DNA of 64,000 bases from Reichenbachiella sp. (lineage in GTDB: Bacteria; Bacteroidota; Bacteroidia; Cytophagales; Cyclobacteriaceae), in the NCBI RefSeq assembly GCF_965233835.1, contig NZ_OZ247585.1, forward strand, positions 4,377,342 to 4,441,341, in the 5' to 3' direction. The notes below the pieces were generated by a model. That model had not been told where the DNA came from. It saw only the letters and a list, made by a program, of their open reading frames with translations, and ran no database searches. The position numbers were made by a program, and so were the translations under genes. Positions 29,762 through 39,882 of this stretch are shown here, piece after piece (within the stretch, counting starts at the first letter, position 1; the number at the start of each line of letters is the position of its first letter).

Positions 29762-29786
29762 AAAAGGCCACACAAGTGGCCTTTTT
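29761..29786. terminator. Bidirectional intrinsic terminator
   Basis: AAAAAGGCCAC-ACAA-GTGGCCTTTTT. Confidence 0.85.
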
Positions 29787-29808
29787 TATATCTATTACAA
29801 TTTTCCAA

Positions 29809-31698
29809 CTAATACGCTCTCACAGTCACACCCTTCATAAAGTTTACAAAGGCCTTGTTCACTACTCTATTTCCTCCAACAGTTGGAAAGTCACCAGTAA
29901 AGTACCAGTCTCCTTCATGATCCGGACATGCTTTGTGTAAATTATCCACTGATTGGAAAATCACTTCCAATTCAGCCTTCATGCCTTCAGGGCGAACAAT
30001 ATCTGTAATTTTCGCTGAAACTTGATCTGCTGTAAATGGCTTATAGAGCTCTTGCACATGATTTGGTGCATCTGGATTGCCTACGGACTCTTCACATTTG
30101 GCTAGCACTTCTTCTAGCATGTACGATTTATCGTTTTCCTCCAATAGTTCGAGTACAGCGCGGAAAGCCACAAAGTCCTTCATCCTACTCATATCAATTC
30201 CATAACAGTCAGGAAATCTAATCTGAGGTGCTGAAGAAACAATCACGATTTTCTTTGGTTCCAGTCGATCCAGTAAAGTCAAAATACTCTTTTCAAGTGT
30301 AGTTCCTCGTACGATAGAATCATCAATGATCACAAGGTTATCTACGCCTTTATTCACCACTTCGTAAGTGGTATCATATACGTTAGCGACTAATTCATCT
30401 CTAGAAGAATCATCAGCAATGAAGGTTCGAAGTTTGGCGTCTTTGATGACCATTTTTTCCACCCTTGGGCGGAAAGAAAGTACATCCTCTAGGTCTCCAC
30501 TATGCGGTTTGCCTTCCAGTATTATTTCTTTGCGCTTGGCAACCAAGTACTCATCCAGTCCACTCATGAGACCCAAAAAGGCAGTTTCCGCCGAATTAGG
30601 AATAAATGAGAAGATAGTATTCTTCAGGTCAAAGTTGACCGACTCAAGCACTTTCGGTACAAGCAACTCACCTAGCTTCTTTCTTTCACGATAAATATCA
30701 GGATCAGAACTTCTAGAGAAGTAGATTCTTTCAAAACTGCATGACTTCTTTGGCAGCATATCTATAAACTGCTCTTCTGAGAAGCTACCATCTTGATTGA
30801 TAATCAATGCGTGGCCAGGAGTGATTTCTTTAATATCTTGATAAGCACAGTTAGTAGCCGTTTTAATGGCTGGCTTTTCAGAAGCCACAATTACTACTTC
30901 TTCATCCGCGTAATAATAAGCGGGACGAATACCGGCAGGGTCGCGAGCAACGAAAGATGCCCCATGTCCTACCATACCCGCCATAGTATATCCCCCATCA
31001 AAATCTTTACAAGATTTTTTTAGGATGTTAATCATGGAAAGTTCTTCCTCTATTTTTTTGGTAATATCCTTATTAGATAATTTGAATTTGTGTTTGTCAA
31101 AAATCTCTTGATTCTCTTCATCCAAAAAGTGACCGATTTTTTCCATCACCGTAACGGTGTCTGTCTTTTCTTTGGGGTTCTGACCCAATGAGATAAGGAT
31201 ATCAAACAGCTCATCCACATTGGTCATGTTGAAATTACCGGCGACTACGAGGTTTCTAGATCGCCAATTGTTCTGGCGTAGGAATGGGTGACAGCTTTCA
31301 ATACTATTCTTTCCATGTGTTCCATAGCGCAAGTGCCCTAGCCAAACTTCCCCTGTAAATCCATAATTCTTTTTGAGCCACTCTTCGTCTCGGAATTTCT
31401 CCTTCCCTCCTTCTTTAAGTGCCTTGTTGAATTTTTTGGCTACCTTATCAAATATCTTTTGCAAAGAATTGGCATCGATCGATCGATACCTACTTATGTA
31501 TCTATAGCCAGGTTCGAGTCCCAACTTGATATTGGCAATTCCTGCCCCATCTTGGCCTCTATTCTGCATTTTCTTCATCAGAAGCAGCAGCTTATTGGCT
31601 CCATAAAGGGGCGTGTTGTACTTGTCAATGTAGTATTGAAGGGGTTTTCTCAAACGGAGGTGCGCTATCCCGCACTCGTGTTTAATAGGGTCGCTCAT
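29809..31698 (-). CDS. purF: Amidophosphoribosyltransferase
   Basis: Short propeptide then CGIA (Ntn Cys), QNRGQDGAG, GHLRYGTHG, VIIDDSIVRGTT. Confidence 0.95.
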   Translation of the reverse strand: MSDPIKHECGIAHLRLRKPLQYYIDKYNTPLYGANKLLLLMKKMQNRGQDGAGIANIKLGLEPGYRYISRYRSIDANSLQKIFDKVAKKFNKALKEGGKEKFRDEEWLKKNYGFTGEVWLGHLRYGTHGKNSIESCHPFLRQNNWRSRNLVVAGNFNMTNVDELFDILISLGQNPKEKTDTVTVMEKIGHFLDEENQEIFDKHKFKLSNKDITKKIEEELSMINILKKSCKDFDGGYTMAGMVGHGASFVARDPAGIRPAYYYADEEVVIVASEKPAIKTATNCAYQDIKEITPGHALIINQDGSFSEEQFIDMLPKKSCSFERIYFSRSSDPDIYRERKKLGELLVPKVLESVNFDLKNTIFSFIPNSAETAFLGLMSGLDEYLVAKRKEIILEGKPHSGDLEDVLSFRPRVEKMVIKDAKLRTFIADDSSRDELVANVYDTTYEVVNKGVDNLVIIDDSIVRGTTLEKSILTLLDRLEPKKIVIVSSAPQIRFPDCYGIDMSRMKDFVAFRAVLELLEENDKSYMLEEVLAKCEESVGNPDAPNHVQELYKPFTADQVSAKITDIVRPEGMKAELEVIFQSVDNLHKACPDHEGDWYFTGDFPTVGGNRVVNKAFVNFMKGVTVRAY

Positions 31699-31706
31699 AT
31701 CACTTC

Positions 31707-33176
31707 TTAAAGTGCAAAGTTAAACTGATTTAATACGTTCAGCAATAGGTCGGCTTTAAAGAATGATAATAAAACTAGGAACACGATGATAGCCACAATA
31801 GTGCCATCTTTCGTGGAAAAATTAATTTCTTTTTTCTCTTCACTGGTGTGAATGAACAAGTAATAAGGAATCTTAAGATAGTAAAACAGAGAGATTGCTG
31901 TATTCAATAGCCCCAACCCAAACAACCAAACCAGGTATTGATTGCCTTCAGTTTGATAAAAATCCCATAGAGCCGAAAACATCAGCAACTTGGCTGTAAA
32001 CCCTCCGGTGGGTGGTAAGCCAGCTAAGGCTATCATAAAAATAACCGCAAACACTCCCAACCACGGAGCCTGCCTACCTAAACCCGATAAGTCATGAATT
32101 TTGGAAAAGCCCTCCTTTTGAAAAACATCAATAAGATAAAAGGCTCCCAAGTTCATAAATCCATAAACGATACCATAAAACAGCATGGACTGTACACCAA
32201 AGGCATTACCCACAATGACTCCTACTACTAACATCCCAGAATGAGCGATAGACGAATAGGCCATCATGCGTTTGGCATTCGTTTGATTCAAAGCGGAAAG
32301 GTTCCCTACAAACATACTGATCACAGCTAGTCCAGCAAATATCATTTTCCAATCGAAACTTAAGTCCTCCAAATTTGCTGTAATCGCCAGCTGTGAGAAG
32401 AAGATCAATACGGCAACTTTGGGCAATATCGAGATATAAGCTACCACAGGTGTAGGCCCTGCTTCATAGACATCAGGTGCCCAAATGTGCATGGGCGCCA
32501 AAGAAAGCTTGAACCATATCCCAACAAACAGCAAAATAAATGCAATGGGCAACCAAAAGCCTAACTCCGGCTGCTGACTAATAAACTCTCCAATAACATC
32601 TATTTGCAAAGATCCTGTTAAGCCATAAATCAGGGAGAGACCATAAAGCATCAACCCACTAGCCATCGCACCAAAGAGCAGATACTTGATCCCGGCTTCA
32701 AACCCCTTTCGATCAAAACTGAAGGTGATGAGTATATAGGAAGTAATAGAAATTAATTCAAGAGACAGGTACGCAAGCAGCAAGTTATTCACTTGAATAA
32801 GCAGCATAGTTCCCAGTAAGATCATCAAGAGAAGAAAATGGTACTCTCCTTTTTTGAGCAAGCCTTCTCCTTTCGGGAAAAGTAATATCACACCGGTAAC
32901 CAATATAAAAAAGGGCTTGGCAATTCCTACGACCTGGGTCAAGGAAAGCAAACCATTGAAATAAACTCCAGAAATACTTGTAGTGGACACAGCCATTGCG
33001 ATGAGTCCCAAAGCAAACAAACTAAAAGTCGTTTTGATCGTGCTACCCTTGTCCTTGAGGACCAGCTGAAGAATAATCAAAACAAAGCTGCAAACAATGA
33101 GTACGGCTTCAGGAAGCAATATCCCAAAATCACCGAGGATGGATTGTATCTGCTGATTCAACTGCTCCAAACTCAT
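31707..33176 (-). CDS. nuoN: NADH-quinone oxidoreductase subunit N
   Basis: EAGIKYLLFG, FKLSLAPMHIWAPDVYEAGP, KRMMAYSSIAH. Confidence 0.95.
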   Translation of the reverse strand: MSLEQLNQQIQSILGDFGILLPEAVLIVCSFVLIILQLVLKDKGSTIKTTFSLFALGLIAMAVSTTSISGVYFNGLLSLTQVVGIAKPFFILVTGVILLFPKGEGLLKKGEYHFLLLMILLGTMLLIQVNNLLLAYLSLELISITSYILITFSFDRKGFEAGIKYLLFGAMASGLMLYGLSLIYGLTGSLQIDVIGEFISQQPELGFWLPIAFILLFVGIWFKLSLAPMHIWAPDVYEAGPTPVVAYISILPKVAVLIFFSQLAITANLEDLSFDWKMIFAGLAVISMFVGNLSALNQTNAKRMMAYSSIAHSGMLVVGVIVGNAFGVQSMLFYGIVYGFMNLGAFYLIDVFQKEGFSKIHDLSGLGRQAPWLGVFAVIFMIALAGLPPTGGFTAKLLMFSALWDFYQTEGNQYLVWLFGLGLLNTAISLFYYLKIPYYLFIHTSEEKKEINFSTKDGTIVAIIVFLVLLSFFKADLLLNVLNQFNFAL

Positions 33177-34810
33177 CGAACTGTTGCGTTTATTATGTCA
33201 AGATTGGACTGCCCTTGCGTGTTGACAAATTCTACAAATCCAGTGACCGTTTCGTTAGCCAAACCGAGCAGCAGATTAGGAAATATCCCGAACAGTAATG
33301 CCAAAATCACCAAGGGTACGATCATGATCCATTCTCGTGCATTCAAGTCCGGCAAAGACCAACTTTCTTCTCTCACCCAATATTTTCCAAAAAACATGCG
33401 CTGTATCGTCCAAAGAAAATATGCAGCTCCCAACACCAAACCAAGCAAACCGAGGATAGGCATGAAAGTGTCAACTATGTTTCCGTTAATAGCGCCATCG
33501 AAAGCCCCTACCAATACCAAAAACTCTGCGATAAATCCTGAGAATCCCGGCAAGCCTAACGCAGCAAAGAATGATACAATTACGGCTACGCTGTACCAGG
33601 GCATCTTGCTAGCCAGTCCGCTATAATTAGCAATCATGCGATCTCCTGTTCGATCATACAAGACACCGGCCATCAAAAACAGCAAGGCCGAAATGATACC
33701 ATGGCTAAACATTTGAAATAACGCACCTGCACTACCTTCCACGGTCAATGCCGCCATGCCCAGCATCACAAATCCCATGTGAGATACAGAAGAGTAGGCA
33801 ATCAATCTTTTTAAATCGGTCTGAGCCATAGCCACTAATGCAGCATATACAATGGCAATCACGCCAATCAGTGCGATCCACCAGCCATATTCGATGGCTC
33901 CATCAGGAAAAATCGTATAGCCTATTCTGTAAAAACCATAGCCTCCAATTTTCAATAAGATTCCCGCCAAAACCACTGAGATCGGCGTAGGTGCCTCCAC
34001 GTGCGCGTCTGGCAACCAAGTGTGTACAGGCACCGCTGGCAATTTGATGGCAAATCCGATAATGAGCAAAATAAACGCCCAAGCCCGGTAAGTCAATCCA
34101 AAAAGGGACCCATCAAAATCCAAGGCCAACAATGAACCTGGAACAAAATTTTCAGGGTTCATCATTTTCATAATATCAAAAGTATGAACCGTAGAATCCG
34201 GGCTTTGTACTACCGAGAGGTTTAGTCCAATCATCACCATCAATATAAGTAAAGAACCGACGAGCGTATAAATGAAAAATTTAATAGAGGCATAAGCTCT
34301 TCTCTTTCCTCCCCAAATACCAATCAAGAAATACATCGGCAAGAGCATAAATTCGAAGAACAAATAAAAGAGAAAGAAATCTAAAGCTACGAAACATCCA
34401 ATCACACTAGTGCTCAGCACCATGTATAGCAGGAAATACCCTTGCACACTTTGCTTGATATTCCACGAAGAAATAACGCCTATAAACAGCACAATAGCAG
34501 AAAGCAGCACAAGCGCCAAACTCAAACCATCTACTCCCACATGATACTGTACCAGTAAGCTTCCAAAAGAACCCACATTCAATTGAATCCAATCCATTTG
34601 CTGGGTAAACTGGAGGCTACCCGCTCCATATCCCACTACGCTTTTATCGAATGAAAAAACCAGCACGACAGAAAGTACAGTAACTACAGTCAAGGCCGCC
34701 AAAGCGACCCACTTGTATAAATGACCTTGTGATTTGGGTATCATCAGCATCACTGCCGCCGCCAAGAGTGGAAGGAAGACCAACCAGGAAAGTAAATGAT
34801 CCGTTGCCAT
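33173..34810 (-). CDS. nuoM: NADH-quinone oxidoreductase subunit M
   Basis: FYLFFEFMLLPMY, KLPAVPVHTWLPDAHVEAP, KRLIAYSSVSHMG. Confidence 0.95.
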   Translation of the reverse strand: MATDHLLSWLVFLPLLAAAVMLMIPKSQGHLYKWVALAALTVVTVLSVVLVFSFDKSVVGYGAGSLQFTQQMDWIQLNVGSFGSLLVQYHVGVDGLSLALVLLSAIVLFIGVISSWNIKQSVQGYFLLYMVLSTSVIGCFVALDFFLFYLFFEFMLLPMYFLIGIWGGKRRAYASIKFFIYTLVGSLLILMVMIGLNLSVVQSPDSTVHTFDIMKMMNPENFVPGSLLALDFDGSLFGLTYRAWAFILLIIGFAIKLPAVPVHTWLPDAHVEAPTPISVVLAGILLKIGGYGFYRIGYTIFPDGAIEYGWWIALIGVIAIVYAALVAMAQTDLKRLIAYSSVSHMGFVMLGMAALTVEGSAGALFQMFSHGIISALLFLMAGVLYDRTGDRMIANYSGLASKMPWYSVAVIVSFFAALGLPGFSGFIAEFLVLVGAFDGAINGNIVDTFMPILGLLGLVLGAAYFLWTIQRMFFGKYWVREESWSLPDLNAREWIMIVPLVILALLFGIFPNLLLGLANETVTGFVEFVNTQGQSNLDIINATVR

Positions 34811-34812
34811 AT

Positions 34813-36756
34813 TTATCCAATCAATAAATTAAAAAAGTAAAAAATGAGCAGCACTCCAAAGACCGCCCAAACCAAATAGCCTTGCAAATTGCCACTTTGA
34901 ACCTGACGGGTCCGGTTGCCCGCAAAGTTGACCGTCCAGGTGATCAGCTTCACCCCTCCATCTACAATATTTCTATCAAACCAGCCTGTGAAGTAGGCCA
35001 AAACGACTTGTGTTTTTCCAATCAGATTGACAATTCGATCAACAACTTTTTGATCCCACCAATAAGCGACTTTCGCTAATTGCAAAGCGCTTTGAACTAG
35101 CGCCACTTTGTATATTTCGTCGAGGTAGAAATTTTTATTTGACAGCGAATAAGCCACTGATTTGACACCAGAAACTAATCCAACAAACATTTTCTTTTCT
35201 ACATATAGATAAGAAAAGATGAGTCCGGCTAGAGCGAGACCGATAGACGATACGGGCACCAATGTAAAATGCTCAGCCACAGCACCTCCTTCAAATTCCG
35301 ACAAGGCAGGCAACAACCAGCTTCCATCTGGATTCAAAGGGTCGGCCGAAAACACAAAACCTATTGATAGTACCGAAAGCACTAGCAAAGGCCACTTAAC
35401 AGCGATAGCTTCACTGTATTTTTCCTCTTTGGATTCGCCATTGAAGAAAACTGTGAAATACAAGCGAGCCATATAAGCGGCAGTCATAAATACCGATGCG
35501 AATCCAAATGCTAGTACAAATGAAGGTAAGTGATTAGCCGAAGCCAGACCATTCAAAATCATCTCTTTGGAAAGGAATCCAGAAAACAACGGCAAACCAG
35601 CCAAAGAAAGCATACACAATGTGAATGCAATAAAAGTGATCGGAAGTATCTTTCGCAAGCCTCCCATATTGGTAATGTCCTGTGGATCGAAACCACTTTC
35701 GTGCTTCGTCTCATGATAATAGTGAATGATGCTACCAGAGCAAAGAAAAAGGCCAGCTTTGAAGAAAGCATGCGTGGTCAAATGGACGAAAGCAGCCACC
35801 GGAAATCCGGCGCCCACAGCCATAATCATATAGCCCAACTGCGATACTGTAGAATAGGCCAATATCTTTTTAATGTCGTTTTGAGCGAATGCGGCAAAGG
35901 CTCCCATAAAAGCGGTCAGACCACCTACGATGCCAATAATTGTAAGCACGTCTGGTGCCAACAGCGGAAATACCCGTACCATCAGATATACACCTGCTGC
36001 CACCATAGTCGCCGCATGGATCAATGCTGAAACAGGTGTGGGGCCCGTCATCGCATCGGGCAGCCAAGTCTGTAGCGGAAACTGAGCCGACTTACCCACT
36101 GCGGCAAGAAATAGTCCAATGCCCATCAGTACGAGTATAGTCGTAGGTAGACCAGCATTCAATGGATCCAACCCAATGAGCGTTTGAATGTCTAATGTTT
36201 TGAAATAGGCGAACAGGATAAAGATGCCTAGTAAGAACCCAATGTCTCCTACTTTGTTCATCAAGAATGCCTTGAAAGAAGAAATCGGCGGTGCTTCATT
36301 TTCGAACCAAAACCCAATTAACAGGTAAGAGCTAAAGCCAACCAACTCCCAAAAAACGAAAGTTAACAGCAAATTTGATGACAATACAATACCATACATG
36401 GAGAAAGCAAATAATCCAAGTAGTGCAAAGTATCTTGGCTGTGCTTCGTCGTGCTTCATATACTCCAAAGAGAATATGGCCACCAGCAAGGCCACAATAG
36501 CCACCACGATCGCCATGATGCCTGCCAGCTGGTCATAGTACAGCCCTACCTGAAAAATATTAGTACCTACCACGATCCAATCGAAATCTACGCCAGTTCC
36601 AACAGGCACATTGAACCGAGCCCAAATAGCCGCGAATAGTACCAATGTAGAGAATCCAACCAACACCTGACCAGCCCACTTTTTTAACATAAAAAAAGAG
36701 ACTCCTCCACTAACAAGCGAAGCAAACAGAATGATATATAACAGCGTTTGATCCAT
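34813..36756 (-). CDS. nuoL: NADH-quinone oxidoreductase subunit L
   Basis: WELVGFSSYLLIGFW, GKSAQFPLQTWLPDAMTGPTPVSALIHAATMV, LTTHAFFKA. Confidence 0.95.
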   Translation of the reverse strand: MDQTLLYIILFASLVSGGVSFFMLKKWAGQVLVGFSTLVLFAAIWARFNVPVGTGVDFDWIVVGTNIFQVGLYYDQLAGIMAIVVAIVALLVAIFSLEYMKHDEAQPRYFALLGLFAFSMYGIVLSSNLLLTFVFWELVGFSSYLLIGFWFENEAPPISSFKAFLMNKVGDIGFLLGIFILFAYFKTLDIQTLIGLDPLNAGLPTTILVLMGIGLFLAAVGKSAQFPLQTWLPDAMTGPTPVSALIHAATMVAAGVYLMVRVFPLLAPDVLTIIGIVGGLTAFMGAFAAFAQNDIKKILAYSTVSQLGYMIMAVGAGFPVAAFVHLTTHAFFKAGLFLCSGSIIHYYHETKHESGFDPQDITNMGGLRKILPITFIAFTLCMLSLAGLPLFSGFLSKEMILNGLASANHLPSFVLAFGFASVFMTAAYMARLYFTVFFNGESKEEKYSEAIAVKWPLLVLSVLSIGFVFSADPLNPDGSWLLPALSEFEGGAVAEHFTLVPVSSIGLALAGLIFSYLYVEKKMFVGLVSGVKSVAYSLSNKNFYLDEIYKVALVQSALQLAKVAYWWDQKVVDRIVNLIGKTQVVLAYFTGWFDRNIVDGGVKLITWTVNFAGNRTRQVQSGNLQGYLVWAVFGVLLIFYFFNLLIG

Positions 36757-37058
36757 CAGCCTTTCAGTTCATTGAGTTGGTCCATATCCGATACACCCTG
36801 ATGCCTGAATATCTGATAAACGATAGCAAGTGCAACGGCACTCTCGGCTACTGCCACCACGATCACGAACAAAGTCATCATCTGTCCGGATAGATTCGGA
36901 TCATTTTGGGAGAAGGCTACCAGGTTGATGTTGGCGGCATTGAGAATGAGTTCGATGCCTACCAAGATCATGATCACGCTCCGCTTGATCAGTACGATCA
37001 TCATCCCGATCACTAACAGCAGGGCACTAAATATGATATAATGCTCAATCGGTACCAT
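36756..37058 (-). CDS. nuoK: NADH-quinone oxidoreductase subunit K
   Basis: GIELILNAANINLV, VAVAESAVALA. Confidence 0.95.
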   Translation of the reverse strand: MVPIEHYIIFSALLLVIGMMIVLIKRSVIMILVGIELILNAANINLVAFSQNDPNLSGQMMTLFVIVVAVAESAVALAIVYQIFRHQGVSDMDQLNELKG

Positions 37059-37572
37059 GTTTCTTTTTTAAGTTATGTCCAGCAATATAGGCTGCCCCTA
37101 CGAGCGCCATCAATAACAGAACAGCCGTGACTTCCAACGCGATCAATTCAGTAGTCATCAAATGCACGCCAATCTGCTCAGTAACATTCAATCCACTATC
37201 AACTCCTTTTTCAAAGTCAAACAATGGAAAGCCATCCTTGAGTGGATACAGCAAAATACCAAGTAACCCTAATCCCAATAAACTGGCTGCGAATACTCTT
37301 CTATTCTGTGTTTCAAGCCGTTTGCCATCTATACGGTGCGTCAGCATAATGCCGAACATCATCAGTATCAACACGCCTCCGATATAGATCATAATCTGAG
37401 TCACACCCACAAATTCTGCGTTGGATATAATAAAGACACCCGCAACACCAAAAAAAACCAGTACAAGCATAAACACGGCGTGTACCACATTTTTGGCAAG
37501 CAATATCCCCAGCGCTGAAAACACCGAGAATCCAGCCAGGATATAAAACGCTATTACATTTAATCCTTCCAC
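37045..37572 (-). CDS. nuoJ: NADH-quinone oxidoreductase subunit J
   Basis: AEFVGVTQIMIYIGGVLILMMFGIML; position between nuoI and nuoK. Confidence 0.93.
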   Translation of the reverse strand: MEGLNVIAFYILAGFSVFSALGILLAKNVVHAVFMLVLVFFGVAGVFIISNAEFVGVTQIMIYIGGVLILMMFGIMLTHRIDGKRLETQNRRVFAASLLGLGLLGILLYPLKDGFPLFDFEKGVDSGLNVTEQIGVHLMTTELIALEVTAVLLLMALVGAAYIAGHNLKKKHGTD

Positions 37573-38703
37573 TTAGTCCTTCTTTTTGGGTTTGATCTTA
37601 GGTCGGAAAACTGGCTTCTTTGCCTTAGGCTTCTCACCTTCTATGTTTTGATCTTGCGCTTCTGCCTTCAAGTTCTCGTCTTCAGATTTCTTAACCACTG
37701 GTTTTATTTTCGGCTTAAACACTGGCTTAGCTGCCTTCGGTTTGTCTTCTGACTGTATAGTATCACCTTCCAAACCATCTGATTTTTTAACCACCGGTTT
37801 CACCTTAGGCTTAAAAACAGGTTTGGCTGCCTTCGGCTTTTCATCACTAGCGCCTTCAGCCTTTTTTACTATCGGCTTCACCTTTGGTTTGAACAGCGGT
37901 TTTACGGCTTTTGGCTTGTCTTCTTCTTCGCTTTTAGCTTTAGGTACGGCTGGTTTCACCTTCGGCTTGAAAGCTGGCCTCGCAGGCTTGGTCTCTCCAG
38001 AGGGCTCTTCAGATTTTTCCAATGGAGGTTTTGGCACTGCGGGTTTACCCATTTTTACCTTCGGTTTAAAACCACCAACCTTAGGTTTTGAAGCAGTTGC
38101 TTCCGTAGTAATACTTTCCGTTTTGGCCGCAGCGGCAGCTGCTTTTGCTTTTTCCTTCTCTGCTTGATGTGAGTCGAATTCTGCTTTTTTCTCTGCTACC
38201 ATTTCAGGGCTCATTTCACCAAATTCGAAATTGTGTTCCTTCAAGTCAAAGACGCTGAAATCATAATCTTTAGTCATGGTGAGACACTCTGTAGGGCAAA
38301 CCACCGTACAGAGGCCACAGAAGCAACATTTCGACATATCAATATCGAACTTGGCTGCATAAATTCTTTTAGATGTACCATCCGACGTTTTACCAATTTC
38401 ATCGACAGCACGAACTGGCTCAATGTCAATACAGTTGACTGGGCATACTTTAGCACATTTGTCGCAAACGATACAGTCATCTATTTCATTGTGCAATTGA
38501 TAGCGACCAGTATCAGGCACTGGAAGCTCTTCAAATGGATATTGCAAAGTCACAATACCATCCTTTTGCTCAAAGTAAGTTTTGTCCTCCACGCCCACAG
38601 GCGTACGAGACTTCCTCGCCTGCCAGAAGTGGCGCATGGTGATCTTCAGCCCGTAAGCCAGAGATGAAGTCGTTTGGATGATATTTTTAAAATACTGTTT
38701 CAA
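37573..38703 (-). CDS. nuoI: NADH-quinone oxidoreductase subunit I with long Lys/Pro-rich C-terminal extension
   Basis: Two 4Fe-4S motifs, CIVCDKCAKVCP and CCFCGLCTVVCP. Likely TTG start at 38703, just after the nuoH stop. Confidence 0.9.
   Translation of the reverse strand: MKQYFKNIIQTTSSLAYGLKITMRHFWQARKSRTPVGVEDKTYFEQKDGIVTLQYPFEELPVPDTGRYQLHNEIDDCIVCDKCAKVCPVNCIDIEPVRAVDEIGKTSDGTSKRIYAAKFDIDMSKCCFCGLCTVVCPTECLTMTKDYDFSVFDLKEHNFEFGEMSPEMVAEKKAEFDSHQAEKEKAKAAAAAAKTESITTEATASKPKVGGFKPKVKMGKPAVPKPPLEKSEEPSGETKPARPAFKPKVKPAVPKAKSEEEDKPKAVKPLFKPKVKPIVKKAEGASDEKPKAAKPVFKPKVKPVVKKSDGLEGDTIQSEDKPKAAKPVFKPKIKPVVKKSEDENLKAEAQDQNIEGEKPKAKKPVFRPKIKPKKKD
37576..38100 (-). repeat. Six imperfect protein repeats of KPKAxKPxF(K/R)PK(V/I)KP within NuoI
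   Basis: FKPKVK three more times after GGFKPKVK, plus FKPKIK and FRPKIK, separated by acidic spacers. Confidence 0.9.
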
Positions 38704-38716
38704 TTTTTTTAGTTGG

Positions 38717-39757
38717 TTAGCCGATCCACAATTTCCAAATGCCACATACAAAAACCATCAATAGCCCTATAGGCGTCAGGTATTTCCAGCTCAAGGCCAT
38801 CATCTGATCCACTCGTACCCGAGGATAAGTCCACCGTACCCACATTTGTACAAATACCAGTACCATGGCTTTGCCAATGATCCAAAAAATCCCGATCGCA
38901 TCTCCTAAGAGGGTGCCATGAGTACCCGAGGTCCAGTCAGCTAGTTTCACTGCGCCGATATTGGGCAAAGGTGTATTCCAGCTCCCAAAAAACAACACTA
39001 CGGCTACCAGTGAAACCAGCAACATCATACCATACTCTCCCAACATGATAATGGCCCATCTAAACCCAGAGTATTCGGTATGAAATCCGCCGATGAGTTC
39101 AGACTCGGATTCCGGCAAATCAAAAGGCGTACGATTCGATTCCGCCAAGGAGGCAATGAAATAAATCAAGAACACGATCCACAACATTGGATAGCGCATG
39201 ACATTCCAGGCTAGAAAACCACCGTAAGTATTTTCTTCATTGAGCAGTCCCTGCTGAATGGACATCTCTTGGAGGTTTAGCGTCTGCGTAACCATCACCA
39301 CGCAGAGGATGGAAAGTCCTAGAGGAATTTCATAAGATACGATTTGGGCTACTGCTCTGAGTGATCCAAAAAGAGAGAACTTACTGTTCGATCCCCAACC
39401 AGCCATGAGTATACCAATCACATCGAGTGAAATGACAGCCATCAGAAAATAAATGCCTGTCTCTGCTTGAGAACCTGTAATATCTGATGTAAGTGGCAAG
39501 ACAGCGAAGCCCGCAAAAATCGCAGTAAAAATGACCAACGGAGCCGTAACAAACAATATCTTATCAGCAGACTTTGTAATAATATCTTCTTTCTGAAGCA
39601 TTTTCAATACATCGGCCAGCGTCTGGAGAATTCCGTACTTACCTACCACCATAGGCCCCAATCTGTCTTGCATAAAAGCAGACACCTTGCGTTCGGCATA
39701 GACCGCCAAAAGCACAAATACCAGCAGAAATGGGAGATAGAATAAGAATGCTATCAT
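38717..39757 (-). CDS. nuoH: NADH-quinone oxidoreductase subunit H
   Basis: ERKVSAFMQDRLGP, LRAVAQIVSYE, AESNRTPFDLPESESEL..GFHTEYSG, YPRVRVDQ. Confidence 0.96.
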   Translation of the reverse strand: MIAFLFYLPFLLVFVLLAVYAERKVSAFMQDRLGPMVVGKYGILQTLADVLKMLQKEDIITKSADKILFVTAPLVIFTAIFAGFAVLPLTSDITGSQAETGIYFLMAVISLDVIGILMAGWGSNSKFSLFGSLRAVAQIVSYEIPLGLSILCVVMVTQTLNLQEMSIQQGLLNEENTYGGFLAWNVMRYPMLWIVFLIYFIASLAESNRTPFDLPESESELIGGFHTEYSGFRWAIIMLGEYGMMLLVSLVAVVLFFGSWNTPLPNIGAVKLADWTSGTHGTLLGDAIGIFWIIGKAMVLVFVQMWVRWTYPRVRVDQMMALSWKYLTPIGLLMVFVCGIWKLWIG

Positions 39758-39882
39758 CAGTGATTGAAATTAAAAAGTAAGTTAAGAATTCTCAGAGGAA
39801 TTTCCAGACTATAAAGCCGTCTGGTAGGCAGAAAAGAATGATCCTATTTTCAGGATCAAATTAGCAACAACAACAGCAACAA

